Shown: positions 49,727 to 62,431, numbered from the whole stretch's first letter. The stretch is 63,600 bases of DNA, filler included, from Rhabdomonas costata (GCA_019059605.1; 35 parts of 35 records of this genome joined end to end with filler, not necessarily neighbours in it), one strand, 5' to 3'. Numbers and translations: made by a program. The notes: a model not told the origin generated them from the letters alone.

Positions 49727-52700
49727 GCGTGTGCCCCACTTCCAGCCTGCTTCTCTGCTGTGCCTACCGTCCCAACCTTACTTATAAGCAGAGATGTGGA
49801 AGCGGTCCTATAGTGTAAAATCTGAATGGAGTCTGTTCCCTCAGGTAGGACGCCACTTGTTCACAGTGGGGTTTTCTCACTCCTGGTTATTGTCCCTGCA
49901 ACGTTTTCCAAAATTAGTTTCAGCACCCCCAAAAAAGAAATACACGTTGGAAGTAGGGGGAGAAGCCTCTTCCAGCATCATACCATATTTTGGGGTAGGG
50001 GTGAAGTTGTTGTTCAACCATTTTGGAAAACCTTGCTGTGTTGGCGATGGGGACAGGGATAGAGATGGGCCACTCTAACGCGATCGATAGTTGACACTGG
50101 TGTAGCACCGTGGGCCCGACGGAAACGAACCGGGTGGGGAAACGGGTGTACGACAGTGTCCTGTGTCAAAGCAGCAGCGCGACTGTACATCTTCCGGTTC
50201 TGGTCCTGTTATGTTTCTTTTCTGGAAGCAAAGCGAACGGCTGGTCAGATTACACCTGAGCTCAGTATAATGCAGATTTGGAGCTCTCACAAATGAGTAC
50301 ACGAGCCCAGTCCGCGAGCCCATGGGTGCTTCAAGGTGGCATGCGAGGCGGCAGTCTGGCTTCTGATTAGGCTTCTGGTTAGAGATACCCCTGAGTTTTG
50401 GGTCCCTTTGCACCGAACGCCCTCAATATTTCTGTGTCCATCCCTTTTAACTTTCCCTTTCAGCACCCTTCCTTATGTATTTATGCTTTTTTCGTTCTGA
50501 AGTGAGCTTGGTGTCAGGAAACTCTGAGCCCAATGACCGGCCACGCGTTTCGGGAGGCCTGTTGTTTTTACAAAAGACCCCCAGACCTGCTTCGGCTCAG
50601 CCCGGTTAACACTTTGTTTTATTTGTGCTTAATGTCTTCTTTGCCCGGATATGAACCCCCGGCACTCCTGTAGCCGCCTACGTACCTTTTTCTTCCTGTG
50701 ACCTGTCCTTTCGCCACTGATGGTGAAACCCGTCCCCCTGTTCTCGGTGCAAGGGTTTGGGCTACATCATGTGGGATTGTTGTAGCTCGGGGCTACAACG
50801 ATCTAAACGAGAGGTTAAGGCTGAAAGCTGAAATAAGAAGCCTTCCTCCCCCTCCCCCCACACACNNNNNNNNNNNNNNNNNNNNNNNNNNNNNNNNNNN
50901 NNNNNNNNNTTAATTAATTAANNNNNNNNNNNNNNNNNNNNNNNNNNNNNNNNNNNNNNNNNNNNTTGTTTGGGGGTGACGAAGTTCCATTTTTCTCTCA
51001 TGACTTTATCTTGCTCGCGTGTAGGAGTGGAAACTGTAGAGTAACCAGAACTCTAAAGAGTTTTACATTTGGCTGCGGTTGGTAGCCATTGTTGGATCTC
51101 TAGTTCGGTGGTAATGGTTTTACTCTGTGGAGTAGTGATTCCATTTAAATACACAGAAGCTGGTAACAACGTGAATTTCTTGGAAGAAATGCCGTGCCAT
51201 GCTCTAAAATAAGAATAATAACACAACGTGGTTGCTGTATTGAACACAAATATTTTATTATTGACCGAAAAATAGACCGATGTGTACTAAAACATTTAAT
51301 AAATGTTCTTTTGTAGATAAGTAGACAAAAGCAGGCCGATAATGCACCGCGATAGTGACAGAAGAGGTGCAGTTCCATATACATTGGATTCTATTTAATG
51401 TGTGTAATGTACCCCAGCAACGCGTTGCCACATTTGAAGATTTCAAAACAGTTTTAATCTGTTTTAAGGCTGGAATGTATAGTGTTGTTTCCAATTACAG
51501 AGGATTCCTACTTAGTAGCAATGTGGTTCTCCGCGATACTCAATATTTACTTCATTTAAAGGAGCACTGAATGGCGCTTCAAACGTTCCAGCGATACAAA
51601 AAACACGTCTTAGCTCAATAAGTACAAATAAAGGCAGGCAAAAGCGTTAAGGATCTTGATACAAACCTCATCAACTAATTTCAAAAGACGGAAAGACGGA
51701 AGAAAATATAAATAAAAAAGCGCAAAGTTTGATATGATTGAATTTGATACATGGCTTTTAGCCGTAAAACACTGTGTAGCACAGATGGAACAATAATGTG
51801 CAATAAATATAGTTTGTGTTATAGTGGCAGTGTGTGGGAGCATACGAGACGTAGATAGTATGCGACTATAGAGCCTTGGAACACGCTTACGTGAAGTGGG
51901 TGCTAAAGTGGAGTGGATGTCATGAGGTAGCGGTCTGAAAGCGGTCATGAGGTAGCGGATGCTGATGGTACGTGTCATTGTCATGCTGACATACGCTACG
52001 CCTCACAAATCAGTTTTCACACAGGTCCATCCATCCACCAACATGTACACACCACCAAAGTGGCCCAATAATACAATAATCGACACACAGGAAATACAAA
52101 GGCTACAATGTGTTACTAATTGGTTCCAACACCAAGCGTAGCAGTCAACCTGTCATGTCTGTCTCTACAATATTCACTTTGGATGTTCCACCATGGTTAG
52201 CATCAGCCCAACACACAACACCATAATATAGATGAGCACTAAGCATGAATTTGACGTGGTGTTGTATGTTATGCCAACAACACACCATGTGATGATAAGG
52301 TTGTGACACGGGTGCCATAATAATGTAAAAGCAACCCACATTGGACACACAACAACATATAAAAAGTGACACACACCACAAAATTGGATCCAACAGATAA
52401 AGATGATAAAGCTCTCTACGCGGAGAATAGTCCTCTGTTAAGCCGCATCTAAGATTAACATCACAATATTTCCAATATTTGCATTGGATAAGTCCAGGAA
52501 AACGTCCTTGTATCTTCGCACATACCTCATTTTAATGTGCTCAAGTCCCACACTTTCGCCATACAAGTTCTCCATCAATATAGCGCAATGTGCACGTGGG
52601 CCTTTTGGGCAGACAGCACCAACGTACACTTCGCCAAGAAATTGGATACCAGAAAATATACGAAGTGCCACTTCCAACCCACCNNNNNNNNNNNNNNNNN

Positions 52701-52993
52701 NNNNNNNNNNNNNNNNNNNNNNNNNNNTTAATTAATTAANNNNNNNNNNNNNNNNNNNNNNNNNNNNNNNNNNNNNNNNNNNNTGTGTGGTTGGTCTGGT
52801 GCAGGCATAGCCTGGGCAAGCGAAGGAGGTTGGCAGCGGCGGGGACGAGGTTTCGAGTATGTGGTAAAGGAGGTGAAGCATACCATGTGTATTTCTTCCA
52901 CGCCTTGGTTGCAGAAGCTGCAGGCCACACTTTGGGGAGCACCAGAGCTGTTCGCCCACTCCCCTACCAAATACGCCATGTACGGTGGAGCAC

Positions 52994-53934
52994 CACATGG
53001 GATGCTTGGTTTTGTGGGAGCATTCTCTGGGGGTGGAACCACCGCCACTGGGGAGTGAGAAGACGCCGGGCTGAGGCTCAACAAAGGGTTCGCCCCAGAA
53101 GTCAAAGTGGGGGAGGTGAGCGGGTTTCGAGGGAGCGGGGATGCTGTCACTGGCGAGAGAGGGAACGTTCAACGTATCATGGTGGCGGGTGTCCCATGTG
53201 AACAACACATCAGTTGCGGCAGGGAAATTATTTCAGTCCCCTCAGCCTTGAAACATCACTGTTCAATTGCGGAAGCAAAATAGGGAGGTGGAAGGTCCAT
53301 TTCACAGCCCTGACGTAAAGAAACTGGGCAAACCCAACTCATGGGCAGTCAGTTGTCCAGTTGGCAGCTGCAATTGCAGAGTGGAGCGAAGAACAGTAGA
53401 GGAGAGAACCATTCAAAAGCGAGAAATAGTGCTTCGGAGCCACAAGGCCGACCAGGAGAGGGCGCCTCCTTCCTCCCTCCCTCCCCAAATAAGTGCTGAA
53501 TTCCAAAGGGGGCTGTTTGGGTCTTAAGCAGCTCAATAGTTAGTTATACATATGGTCGGATCCTTTCTGGTTCCCAACTGGAAAGACACAAGAGCAGAGA
53601 AGGAGGAGTTCAAACCTGCTTCAGAGATTTGTCGGGGCAGAGGGTCCAGGCCCCCTGCAGGAGGGGAGGCGCCTTGGCTGCCAGACAGCGGCGACACCAC
53701 CACCGTGCTGGGAGACCCCTGAGAAGTGGCAGGGGCACTTGTGGGTGCCCCCTGGGAACGTATGACCTTCTTCGGAGAAAGGGCCTCTCCAGCGGGGGTG
53801 GAGGTGCATAGGGAGGGGGACCCCAGGCTGCCACTGGCAGGGCCCTCTGGAGGTGAGCGCACCATTCGGAAGCGGGGGCTGAACCGCGGGCGCCGGCGGG
53901 CACATGCCTGCCAGCGACGAACTTCCTCGTGAAG
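52994..53934 (-). CDS. Ser/Pro-rich hypothetical protein, exons 53934-53616 and 53149-52994
   Basis: AG/GT-bounded open frames joined in phase 1, with many SP motifs. No family recognised. Confidence 0.42.
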
Positions 53935-54601
53935 CTGGGAGAGGGGCGCGAGCGGTTTCTATTTCTCACCTTCCTGATCATGTACGCAACCATGCAGCTC
54001 GAGTTGGGTAATAGCTTCTGATGTGTGGATATTTGGCGGTGCTAACCGATGAAGGCATAACTTGTAACGCACATGCCAAGAGAGAGAGAGAAGAATGGAG
54101 AAACAAGCTGCAAGGCAGCATCTCCAACGAATGCCCGCGCTGCAGAATTTCCAATGTTGTCAATGTGTTGATGGGCCGGAAGAATCATCAGAGACAAAAA
54201 ATACAAAAAACGAGCGCGGCGCGAGTTCTCACGCTGATCCCATTCGGTGTGTAAACACAGTTGTTACAGTTACACACAGTTACACATTTCATGGCAGACA
54301 TCTTCAGACACGCAATGATGGAAGGAGGAAGGGGCAGCGAGAAAAATCATACCTTCGTCAGCTGTGAGCAGTACTCCGAGTAGACACAGGTGCGGGAGTG
54401 CTCTGATAAGGGGCCGACGATGGCTCCGCAGGCACACCGGCCGCGCGGAAGGATCCACACAACAATTGCTACCAGCACAGCCAGGGCGACACCACCACCC
54501 CNNNNNNNNNNNNNNNNNNNNNNNNNNNNNNNNNNNNNNNNNNNNTTAATTAATTAANNNNNNNNNNNNNNNNNNNNNNNNNNNNNNNNNNNNNNNNNNN
54601 N

Positions 54602-54935
54602 CACGGGTTTTGCGTGGCGAAAAACCTGAAGTTGGGATGAACCTTGATAGCCTTCATCACGCCGGAGACGACCACCTCAGACCGGCCCTCCAGCACTGGG
54701 ACGAGGCAGGAGAGCACCTCTGGGGGTGCAAGGTTGAGCTCATCGGCGAGGAAGGTGCTCCCGAAGAGCAGCGCATTGGTCAGAGGCCCGTTGCGGAACT
54801 CAAAGCTCCCGTCTCCACTGGGGAAGAAGGTCCCAAAGTAGTCCTGGGAGGTGGTGTTGCCGGAGTTCGACACAAACTCCAGGAGGGTTTGAGGACGCGA
54901 GCCATAGTACGCCCGGTGCTTAGCCAGCAGCTTGA
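54602..54935 (-). CDS. Midasin/Rea1-like AAA+ (dynein-related AAA_5) domain, single exon
   Basis: DYFGTFFP..GSFEFRNGPLTNAL..G..FLADELNLAPPEVLSCLVPVLEG...HPNFRFFATQNP (Walker B and sensor-1). Confidence 0.87.
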
Positions 54936-56043
54936 CTGTATCAGCAGAAACAGCAAAAAAAGTGCGTGGAACAACTGCGGAAAATTTTCACTTTGTGAAG
55001 CTCGCGGCAGGCGTGTGATGCTGCCCAGAAGGCATGAAGGAAAAAGTAAAGCATCCCTGGAATGGCGTAAAACGTGGAGTGTGTATGAGGCAACAGACCC
55101 CAAATCTCGATGACTAAACAACCATTGAACCTCCAAGATGTCAAGCCTAAGCGCAGAGACGAAGCCAGATGCTGGGAAGCTAAGTAAACTATACTAAACA
55201 CCACATAGTGGTCCCCAATCGGCCCAACTAAGTATGGCACCCGTTCCAAATCCTCCGGTCCAGCTACGGGCCCCCAGGTCGGAAGTCACACGGCGAATGT
55301 GGCTAAAACGAGACCCCCCCATTTTCGGGTTGACCCCTGACAATTGGTGCAGGTTCGTAGGCCCGCAGAGTAGCATGGATGAGAACGGCTGGAAGAGCCC
55401 CACAATGAGGAATTCGTGTTGACACATCATCATCAAGAATGCTCCAAAAGCGCCCAACCATACCCTTCGAAAAAGATCTCACACCTCCCAGTCACTTCAA
55501 AAGCAGTCTAAAAGCAGCTTATCTTCACAGGCCTTCACAGGCCTTCACACCTTGGAAGGCCTTCCCAGGCCTTCAAACCTTGGAAGGCCTTCGCAGGCTT
55601 TCCAAAAGGGCATCCGGGTGATGCCCACATCTAAAATAGAATTAATGGCCCTTTTCACCTCCTGACCGCGGTTGGAGGAGAGAAGTTTGCTCAAGAGGTG
55701 GGGCAGCACTCCTCGGGCGTACAGGAGCGTTGGGTGCAGCGCATTGAGCTGACGAGTATCCGCCTGCCGTTAGGGCAGAGCATGCCCCGGCAGGAATATG
55801 CTGAGAAAAAGTAATGCCAACACAACAAGAACAGAGTATGGCATCATTTCTCACACCTTTCTCTGCATCACTTGGTGCACTTCCGCCTTCATTCGTGTTC
55901 CCGTGCCTTTCGCCTTCAATTTGATTGAAAGCAGAATTATACACGGCATTGGCATGGCTAGGTGGGTTTTCTGGTGTTCGAGTGGCGGGGCGAAAGTCTT
56001 GTCTTCTTTTCTTCTTTTCTACGGAACGGGGAGGGAAGGGAAA

Positions 56044-56073
56044 CCCTAACCCTAACCCTAACCCTAACCTAAA
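56044..56073. repeat. Interstitial telomere-type repeat (CCCTAA)4 plus a degenerate unit
   Basis: CCCTAACCCTAACCCTAACCCTAACCTAAA read directly. Confidence 0.85.
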
Positions 56074-56661
56074 CCGCATTGATACTACTAAGCATCCAGA
56101 GATGGCAGACAGTTCACCTAGCCTCGTGAACGGAGTATCGCCCACTGCATGGAAACTCCCAACCCAGCCGCCCGATCTGGGTGTGCCGCAAGAGCCGGCG
56201 CCCCTAAATAAACCTGCCCCACTCATGCCTTAGCACAGTAACAAGAGCTCCCCAAGTCCGCAAAAGCCAAAACCCTTATGCAGCCACAAAATTCCGAGCA
56301 GATTATTTTCAGTCCACATCNNNNNNNNNNNNNNNNNNNNNNNNNNNNNNNNNNNNNNNNNNNNTTAATTAATTAANNNNNNNNNNNNNNNNNNNNNNNN
56401 NNNNNNNNNNNNNNNNNNNNGGAGGGAAGCGGAGAGGTGCAAGAAGAGAGTGGACATAGGAATGGGCAAAGACCTGGTCCAGCCGAAGGGCAGCCGCCCG
56501 GTGGCAAGTATTCCCTAGCCCGAGTCCAGCACCTGTACGGCCTCCCTGGCCAGCGAATGAAACCCGTTAGGTGGGTTCCCAGCCACCCCATTCGCTGCCC
56601 CAGTCGACGCTCCTCCTCGGGCACTGTCCCCACAGCCACCTCCACCGCCATAGATAGAAAC

Positions 56662-58133
56662 CTTCGGTGGGCTCTCCCCCTGTGGGGTGCCGTGAGGCCC
56701 CAGCACTGGAGAGTCCGTGGGCCTCAGGCCCAGCTTGCCATGGGTGGAGAACACGGTAGTCAACCCCGCGGCATAAGGGCAGTGCAGGGAGGCGACAAGC
56801 TCTGGATACTGCGCCGTGGTCGGGGACAGAAAGCTGTGCCGAAAGCAAGTGCGCCCCCGTCTTTGAATGATGGGAGAATATACGGCATCCTCTTTATGTC
56901 CTTCTCCAACAATCGTCAGGGTCAGGGGGGTAGGACCATTTCCTTCGGTTTATATATTTTTATTTAATACTGTCCCTACTCTGACTTGCCGCATGCCCCT
57001 CTGGTAACGGCGCCGGAGCCGTACGCCCCGGTACCGGCGCAGCGCATAAAGGGCGGCCTCTCCCAATTTAATTTCTCCGAAACATTATGTACACACGCAC
57101 ATACACGCACACCCGTGGCGGATGAGGAAGTCAATCGCCACCAGGGCGCAGTTGGGCTTCCACTCCTGGGTACGGCTGGAGGAGATCACGCTGTCGCAAA
57201 CCTGGGTGCCCAGCAAAGTCCATCCGTCCGTCTCCATTCACCGCCCCCCTCCCCCGTACCTCCGGCAGCAATTCGATGAGGACTGGCCGGAAAACAAAAC
57301 TCCGTCCCACGGTTCTACTAGAAATCCCGAGATCTGCAAGCACTTGTGAAGTCTTGCTTGGAGAGCAATAGTGCGGTGGTTCCAGGTGGGTCCAGTCCAC
57401 CCCCACGGTTCCTTCACTGGGCCAATGAGCGTTGCAAGTCGATTCTATACACAAATGCTGCAGCGGATAAACGCAGAGCTTCTTTGAAAAAGGCGTCCAT
57501 CTCACCAAAACAATCGCGGAGTTGCGGAGTTGCGGTTGCAACTCCCACTCACTGGAGTCCGATGTTTTGAGCTGCTTCGTCATAAATGAGGGAAGGAAGG
57601 GTGGGGGAAAGGCAGCCGCAGGCCTTCTGGATGGGCAACAGAAGAAACTCATCCACAATGTGCTTCTTGAGAATAGGCTGGAAACCCGCTGGAAGCTCCA
57701 GGTCGTAGATGAAGCAGGTGTGCGGGAGCATTTGCCCCTGTGCGGAAGGTGAGAGAGACAGACAGGGATGCGACCGGAACGAGACGAGATAGGCTGACAA
57801 CAACTGGCATTCTGGTGGTTAGCACGCCTCTGTCGCGACCCGATGGACGAAATGAGTTGTGGCTGACTGCCAGCACTATAACGTTGGAATCAATCTCGGA
57901 AAACGGGGTAACCGAAAGGAAAGAAAAAGGAAAAAAAGTTCCAAGTTGTGCAGGTCACTTCACTTCTCACTGCTCACACGTGGGAGCAAGCGGGGGAGGA
58001 CCTTCACTTCGCACGTGAAGCTCACCGTGCCGACGGGGATCGCCGTCTCGCTGAGGCTGCGCTTGATTCCCGCTTCCGCCTCGCACTCCTTCAGGACGGT
58101 CTGGAAGACGTTTCCCCCGACAGGCTGCCCCCC
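56662..58133 (-). CDS. Nudix hydrolase (NUDT20/YJR142W-like), partial; exons 58133-58002, 57737-57624, 57201-57113, 56833-56662 (second intron GC-AG)
   Basis: Spliced GGQPVGGNVFQTVLKECEAEAGI...VGTVSF..-CFIYDLELPAGFQP...VDEFLLLPIQK-VCDSV...WKPNCALVAIDFLIRHG-FLSPTTAQYPELVASLH. Confidence 0.92.
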
Positions 58134-58321
58134 AACCCNNNNNNNNNNNNNNNNNNNNNNNNNNNNNNNNNNNNNNNNNNNNTTAATTAATTAANNNNNN
58201 NNNNNNNNNNNNNNNNNNNNNNNNNNNNNNNNNNNNNNCATCCTTCGTTCCTCTTCATTCTTTTTTTTTGGTGGGTGGGGGTGGAACGATACCTTTCAGA
58301 AGCGTAAGAAAACAAGCGAAC

Positions 58322-59689
58322 CTCTAGAGTGACTTCGGAGGTTCGATCAGAGCTGTGGTCGTCCACAACGATGCACTCAAAAGTGAATGCGGGCTTCTCT
58401 GCTGACCTGTAAAGCATCACGTTGGGTACGGGTGTGTCATTCAAAGAAGCAGTGAATTGTAACCCGCTTACTAAACGAGAGAGTTCATGCCGAGACAAGC
58501 ACACCCAAATACAAGCAAAGCGCACCCGAGAGGAGCGAGAAACACAATTACCGCTGATTCAGATAGGACAGGGTCTCCTCCAGCATAATAGGCAAACGTT
58601 CCTGCAAAAAGAAAATGCAAACCGCACACCCGACGAATTGCTTAGGAGCTCTTGGGACCGGGAAGGACCCGCCGACCCACATCATGGCCTTCACCCCAGG
58701 CTCCATAGTCTTCGATATGTGTATGTGTTCCCCTTAAGAGGACAAACAACCCACCCTCTCTCGACTCTAATTGCAGAGGAGTCCGCTATAAACCACGAAA
58801 AAAAAAAGCAGAGACGCTGCAGACAGGCGTGCAGATGGAAGGGGGACAAGGGGACATGCACCTCTTCATTGTACGCAGGAATGACCACGGATAGGCTGAG
58901 TCTCGGAGGCAGGTGCATAGTGGCGGTCAGGTTTGGCGCCGGGACCGTCTTGCCAGGGTCGGCAGGGTCGACAAAGAAGATCTTCGCGTCACTGCACTTC
59001 TGGCGTAGATACCTTCGGCTTGCAACAGCACTGCGGCAAACAAAAGGAGCGTGAGTTGTACGATTCTGATTCGACTGGATGCATGTCTGTGTTTGCCACA
59101 CCCCACCCACCAGTCTTTTGCGTGTGCGTGGGGGCGCACTCTCTCCTCCCTGGGCCAGCAGTGTGCGGTTGGCTCGGGCATTTTCTTTGCATCAGCCCGA
59201 AGACGTGAAATCCGTTCGGAGCCGAACGCGCGCGCCGTTTTCGCGGTTTTTCCCGTGTCTCAGGTTCCCAACGCAGCGCGCGTGCACACAACAAACACAT
59301 ACACACACCGTGCAATATTTCAACCACACTGTACACGCCATCTCGCCCCGCACTTGTGCCTTCCTTGCCACATTCCATATATCGTGAGTGAGTCTCATGA
59401 GTGAGTGAGTGAGTGAGTGAGTGAGTGAGTGAGTGAGTGAGTGAGTGAGTGAGTGGGATGATGATGTTGTTTTTGCAGTCAACCGCAGGTTAAGAATGGT
59501 CGACTGGCTAATCCCTACAATGCGCATTCCGAAAGACATGTCATCGGTAGATCCGGCAAACCTGACTGCAAATATTAAGCACCATAGGATGTTCCACAAG
59601 ACGAAGCACGTCCGGCAGGCCGAGAGGGAGGCCACTTCCACGCCGAAAAAGACCCCGAAGATGAGAACATCATTGGAGAGGTAGGCCAT
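58322..59689 (-). CDS. ALG5: Dolichyl-phosphate beta-glucosyltransferase (GT2), N-terminal part; exons 59689-59562, 59030-58862, 58601-58552, 58406-58322
   Basis: N-terminal TM region, then [28 protein letters not shown]...FTFECIVVDDHSSDRT, the ALG5 pattern. Confidence 0.88.
59399..59454. repeat. (GAGT)n microsatellite, about 14 units, in ALG5 intron 1
   Basis: Direct reading. Confidence 0.95.
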
Positions 59690-62431
59690 AATGTCCTACT
59701 CCCAGTATTCACTTCGAAAACATAAAAAAAAGTCTAAAACCCGAACCCAGAGAAATCTTCGCAACGCCGAACAGAGAGAGATTTCAGAGAGATATCTGTA
59801 AAAAATCCACCAAAAAGGAAAGCCCAGGGCAGAGCAGGAAGGCTGAGACAAAGCGGGCGGGGGCCCTTGCGGCAACCCATCTATTTGGGTTCTCCGCAGC
59901 TAGGCAGTCCACGAATAATTACCAAACACACTCAAAACATTTCACCACTTTCGGAAAGTTCCCTTNNNNNNNNNNNNNNNNNNNNNNNNNNNNNNNNNNN
60001 NNNNNNNNNTTAATTAATTAANNNNNNNNNNNNNNNNNNNNNNNNNNNNNNNNNNNNNNNNNNNNCGTCTGCGTGCTGCAGGCCCCTTCCGTTCGAGCAC
60101 CCATGGGCTGCACACGTCTTTAGATAGGAGCAGCTTTTCATTTTCATTTCACCCCACAAATATACGCCGCGAACAAACACTGCTGTCCCAAACACAAAAG
60201 ACATTCCCACTCCCCTTCGTTGTGTCTTTGCAGTGTGGCTGGAGGTTGGCAGGTGCTCACCCCATTTTCGGCGTTTTGGCCTCCTAAACGGGTGGGTTTT
60301 CCCGTGAACCTGTTTTACCTCTGCTTCCTGCCCTTCGCTGGGCTTGGCGACCGCATTTCTGTCGGCGGGCGGCGTTGCTGCGATGGCGCCATCTTTGACA
60401 GACTTGGGGGACTGATATTATTTTGTGCCGATATTTTAATGGAATGGGAATGAGATCTGGCGACTCATCTTTCATCGCATCGCAGCCAGCGCCAGCGGTG
60501 AATGAAGCCTGCCTCTGAGTGTAAGGCTGGGAGGTAATGACTGCCCCGCCCCGTGGTGTCCAAAAGGGCTCAGAGAGAGTGAGCGTATGAGAAAGAGTAG
60601 GAGAGCCAAAAGTTACTGATGGCAATTGCAGTGTGTTTCCTCCCATATACATTGTAGTAGAGCAATAAATAATTGAACGGTACGGTTCCAACATCCCCAA
60701 ATTACCCCTGAAAACCCACACAAAGAAGTGCGGGCTGGTTGTGCCAAATCTGCCGCTTACTTCGTGTCGCTGGAGTCTAGTTGGCGTAGAATCTCTACGT
60801 GGCTGCGCACCACGGCCGCGACCTCAGCGGAACCGATGGGCCGTGAAATGCTCTCAGACAGCAGCGCCTTCAGGTGGGCTACGATCTAAGATCAGCACCA
60901 CACACCACACACCTGGGAACAAAAAGTTTCCAGCAAGCGCCCCACACCCCTTTGAGCATATACGCCGTTACCTGGAAAAGCCACAGCGTGAGATGAGTAA
61001 ATGACGAGAACCACTGGTGTTGGAAGGATGCACAGCAGTGATCCTATTTTCGGAGTGACCGTGAATTTCAACCTGGTCTTCCGTCAGCAATCTGCGAGAA
61101 GCCCCCCTCATCTTCACCCAGCGTTCATCACAGCCTGGTTTCCCCTTCTCTGCTTCCAGTCATTGGTACCACTGAGCCCATTTTCATACCTTGTCATAAG
61201 TCCAGAACGACACATAGGACGCCCCCAAAAAAGTCTCGCGGCCACACCTAAACTATTTGTTCTCCATTGCTCGGTCTGTTCTCCCTTCAGCGGTTGCACG
61301 CCCACGTGAATTCTTCTGTGTGAATGTGGGTCTTTTTTCAACTGTTTCTTTGTTTCTTTGTGTTCTGGTTCGTGTGCCTGTCCTTTCACCCCGCGGGCTC
61401 TGCCTGTGGGCCTTCCGCGCAATCATGCCCGTCGTCCTTCTGAATGGTCTCTCTCGTTGTGCTTGCTTGTTGTGGCTGATGTTACCGCTCTCTTGGCTCA
61501 GGTGCTGTTCGTGCGTCCCTTGTGTTCTGGTTGGACTCTATAGCCTCCTTTAATGGCTCGTGATGGTGATGCGTGTTGCGGTGGTGCGATGGTGTGTTGC
61601 AAGTGATCTCTCGTTCTCCTGACTTCCGACTGATCCTTCCTCCCAACCTTTCCGTCCTCCGATTCTAGTCTTCGTTCCGTCCACCTCTCCATCCTACCTG
61701 TGCAACTAGATTCTTGTCCGCTATCCATTCTCCCTTGATTTTCGCCAAATCATCGCTCCCCCCAACCCCACACACACCCAACANNNNNNNNNNNNNNNNN
61801 NNNNNNNNNNNNNNNNNNNNNNNNNNNTTAATTAATTAANNNNNNNNNNNNNNNNNNNNNNNNNNNNNNNNNNNNNNNNNNNNGGAGAGTGTTGCCGAGC
61901 AGATAGCTCAGGTCCCTTTTTCCTTTGATTCTCCCTGCTTCTTATGCATCACCTTCGATTTCGCTCCGTCCAGCCTTCGTCTTGTTCCCACTTATTCCCT
62001 TTTTTCGTTCTCCACCGTTCTTAATTGGGTATCTGGTTTGTCTTCTTCCGACGAGTGAAAAAACCAGCTTCTCCCCGGTTCCGAGTTCTGGCGAAGCTGT
62101 GGCCTGTGCTGATTGGCCAAGTATGCAGCCACCAACCCCGTCAATTTTCAAAACCATTCAATAAGGTTGCACAAGAATGCACAACAAAATGCCGTACATA
62201 AATAGCTGGCTCCATTGGTGCATGTGTTGGCGCCCGGCACAAATCAAGCTCAGGGTTTGCTTTTGCGGCTGCTGACATCGGTGCCCGGCTGGTCCGTACT
62301 GTGATAGAGGACTTTAGCTCAAAACAGGTGGCCAGCAGCGACAGAGCCAAAGCTTCTGGTGTCATGTGGTGGTGACGGTGGGGTGTTCGGCTCGGGCTCT
62401 GCTGTTTTCGTGGGTTGGGGCTGGATCTCAG

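Noticed and set aside
49727-49732. Fifth GC donor AAG|GCGTGT in the apyrase exon
   Set aside because: A GT lies two bases downstream and the next exon is not identified, so the phase cannot decide. Not counted.
60066-61783. Possible short minus-strand exons near 60640-60970
   Set aside because: Two different frames are equally phase-compatible and neither resembles a known protein.
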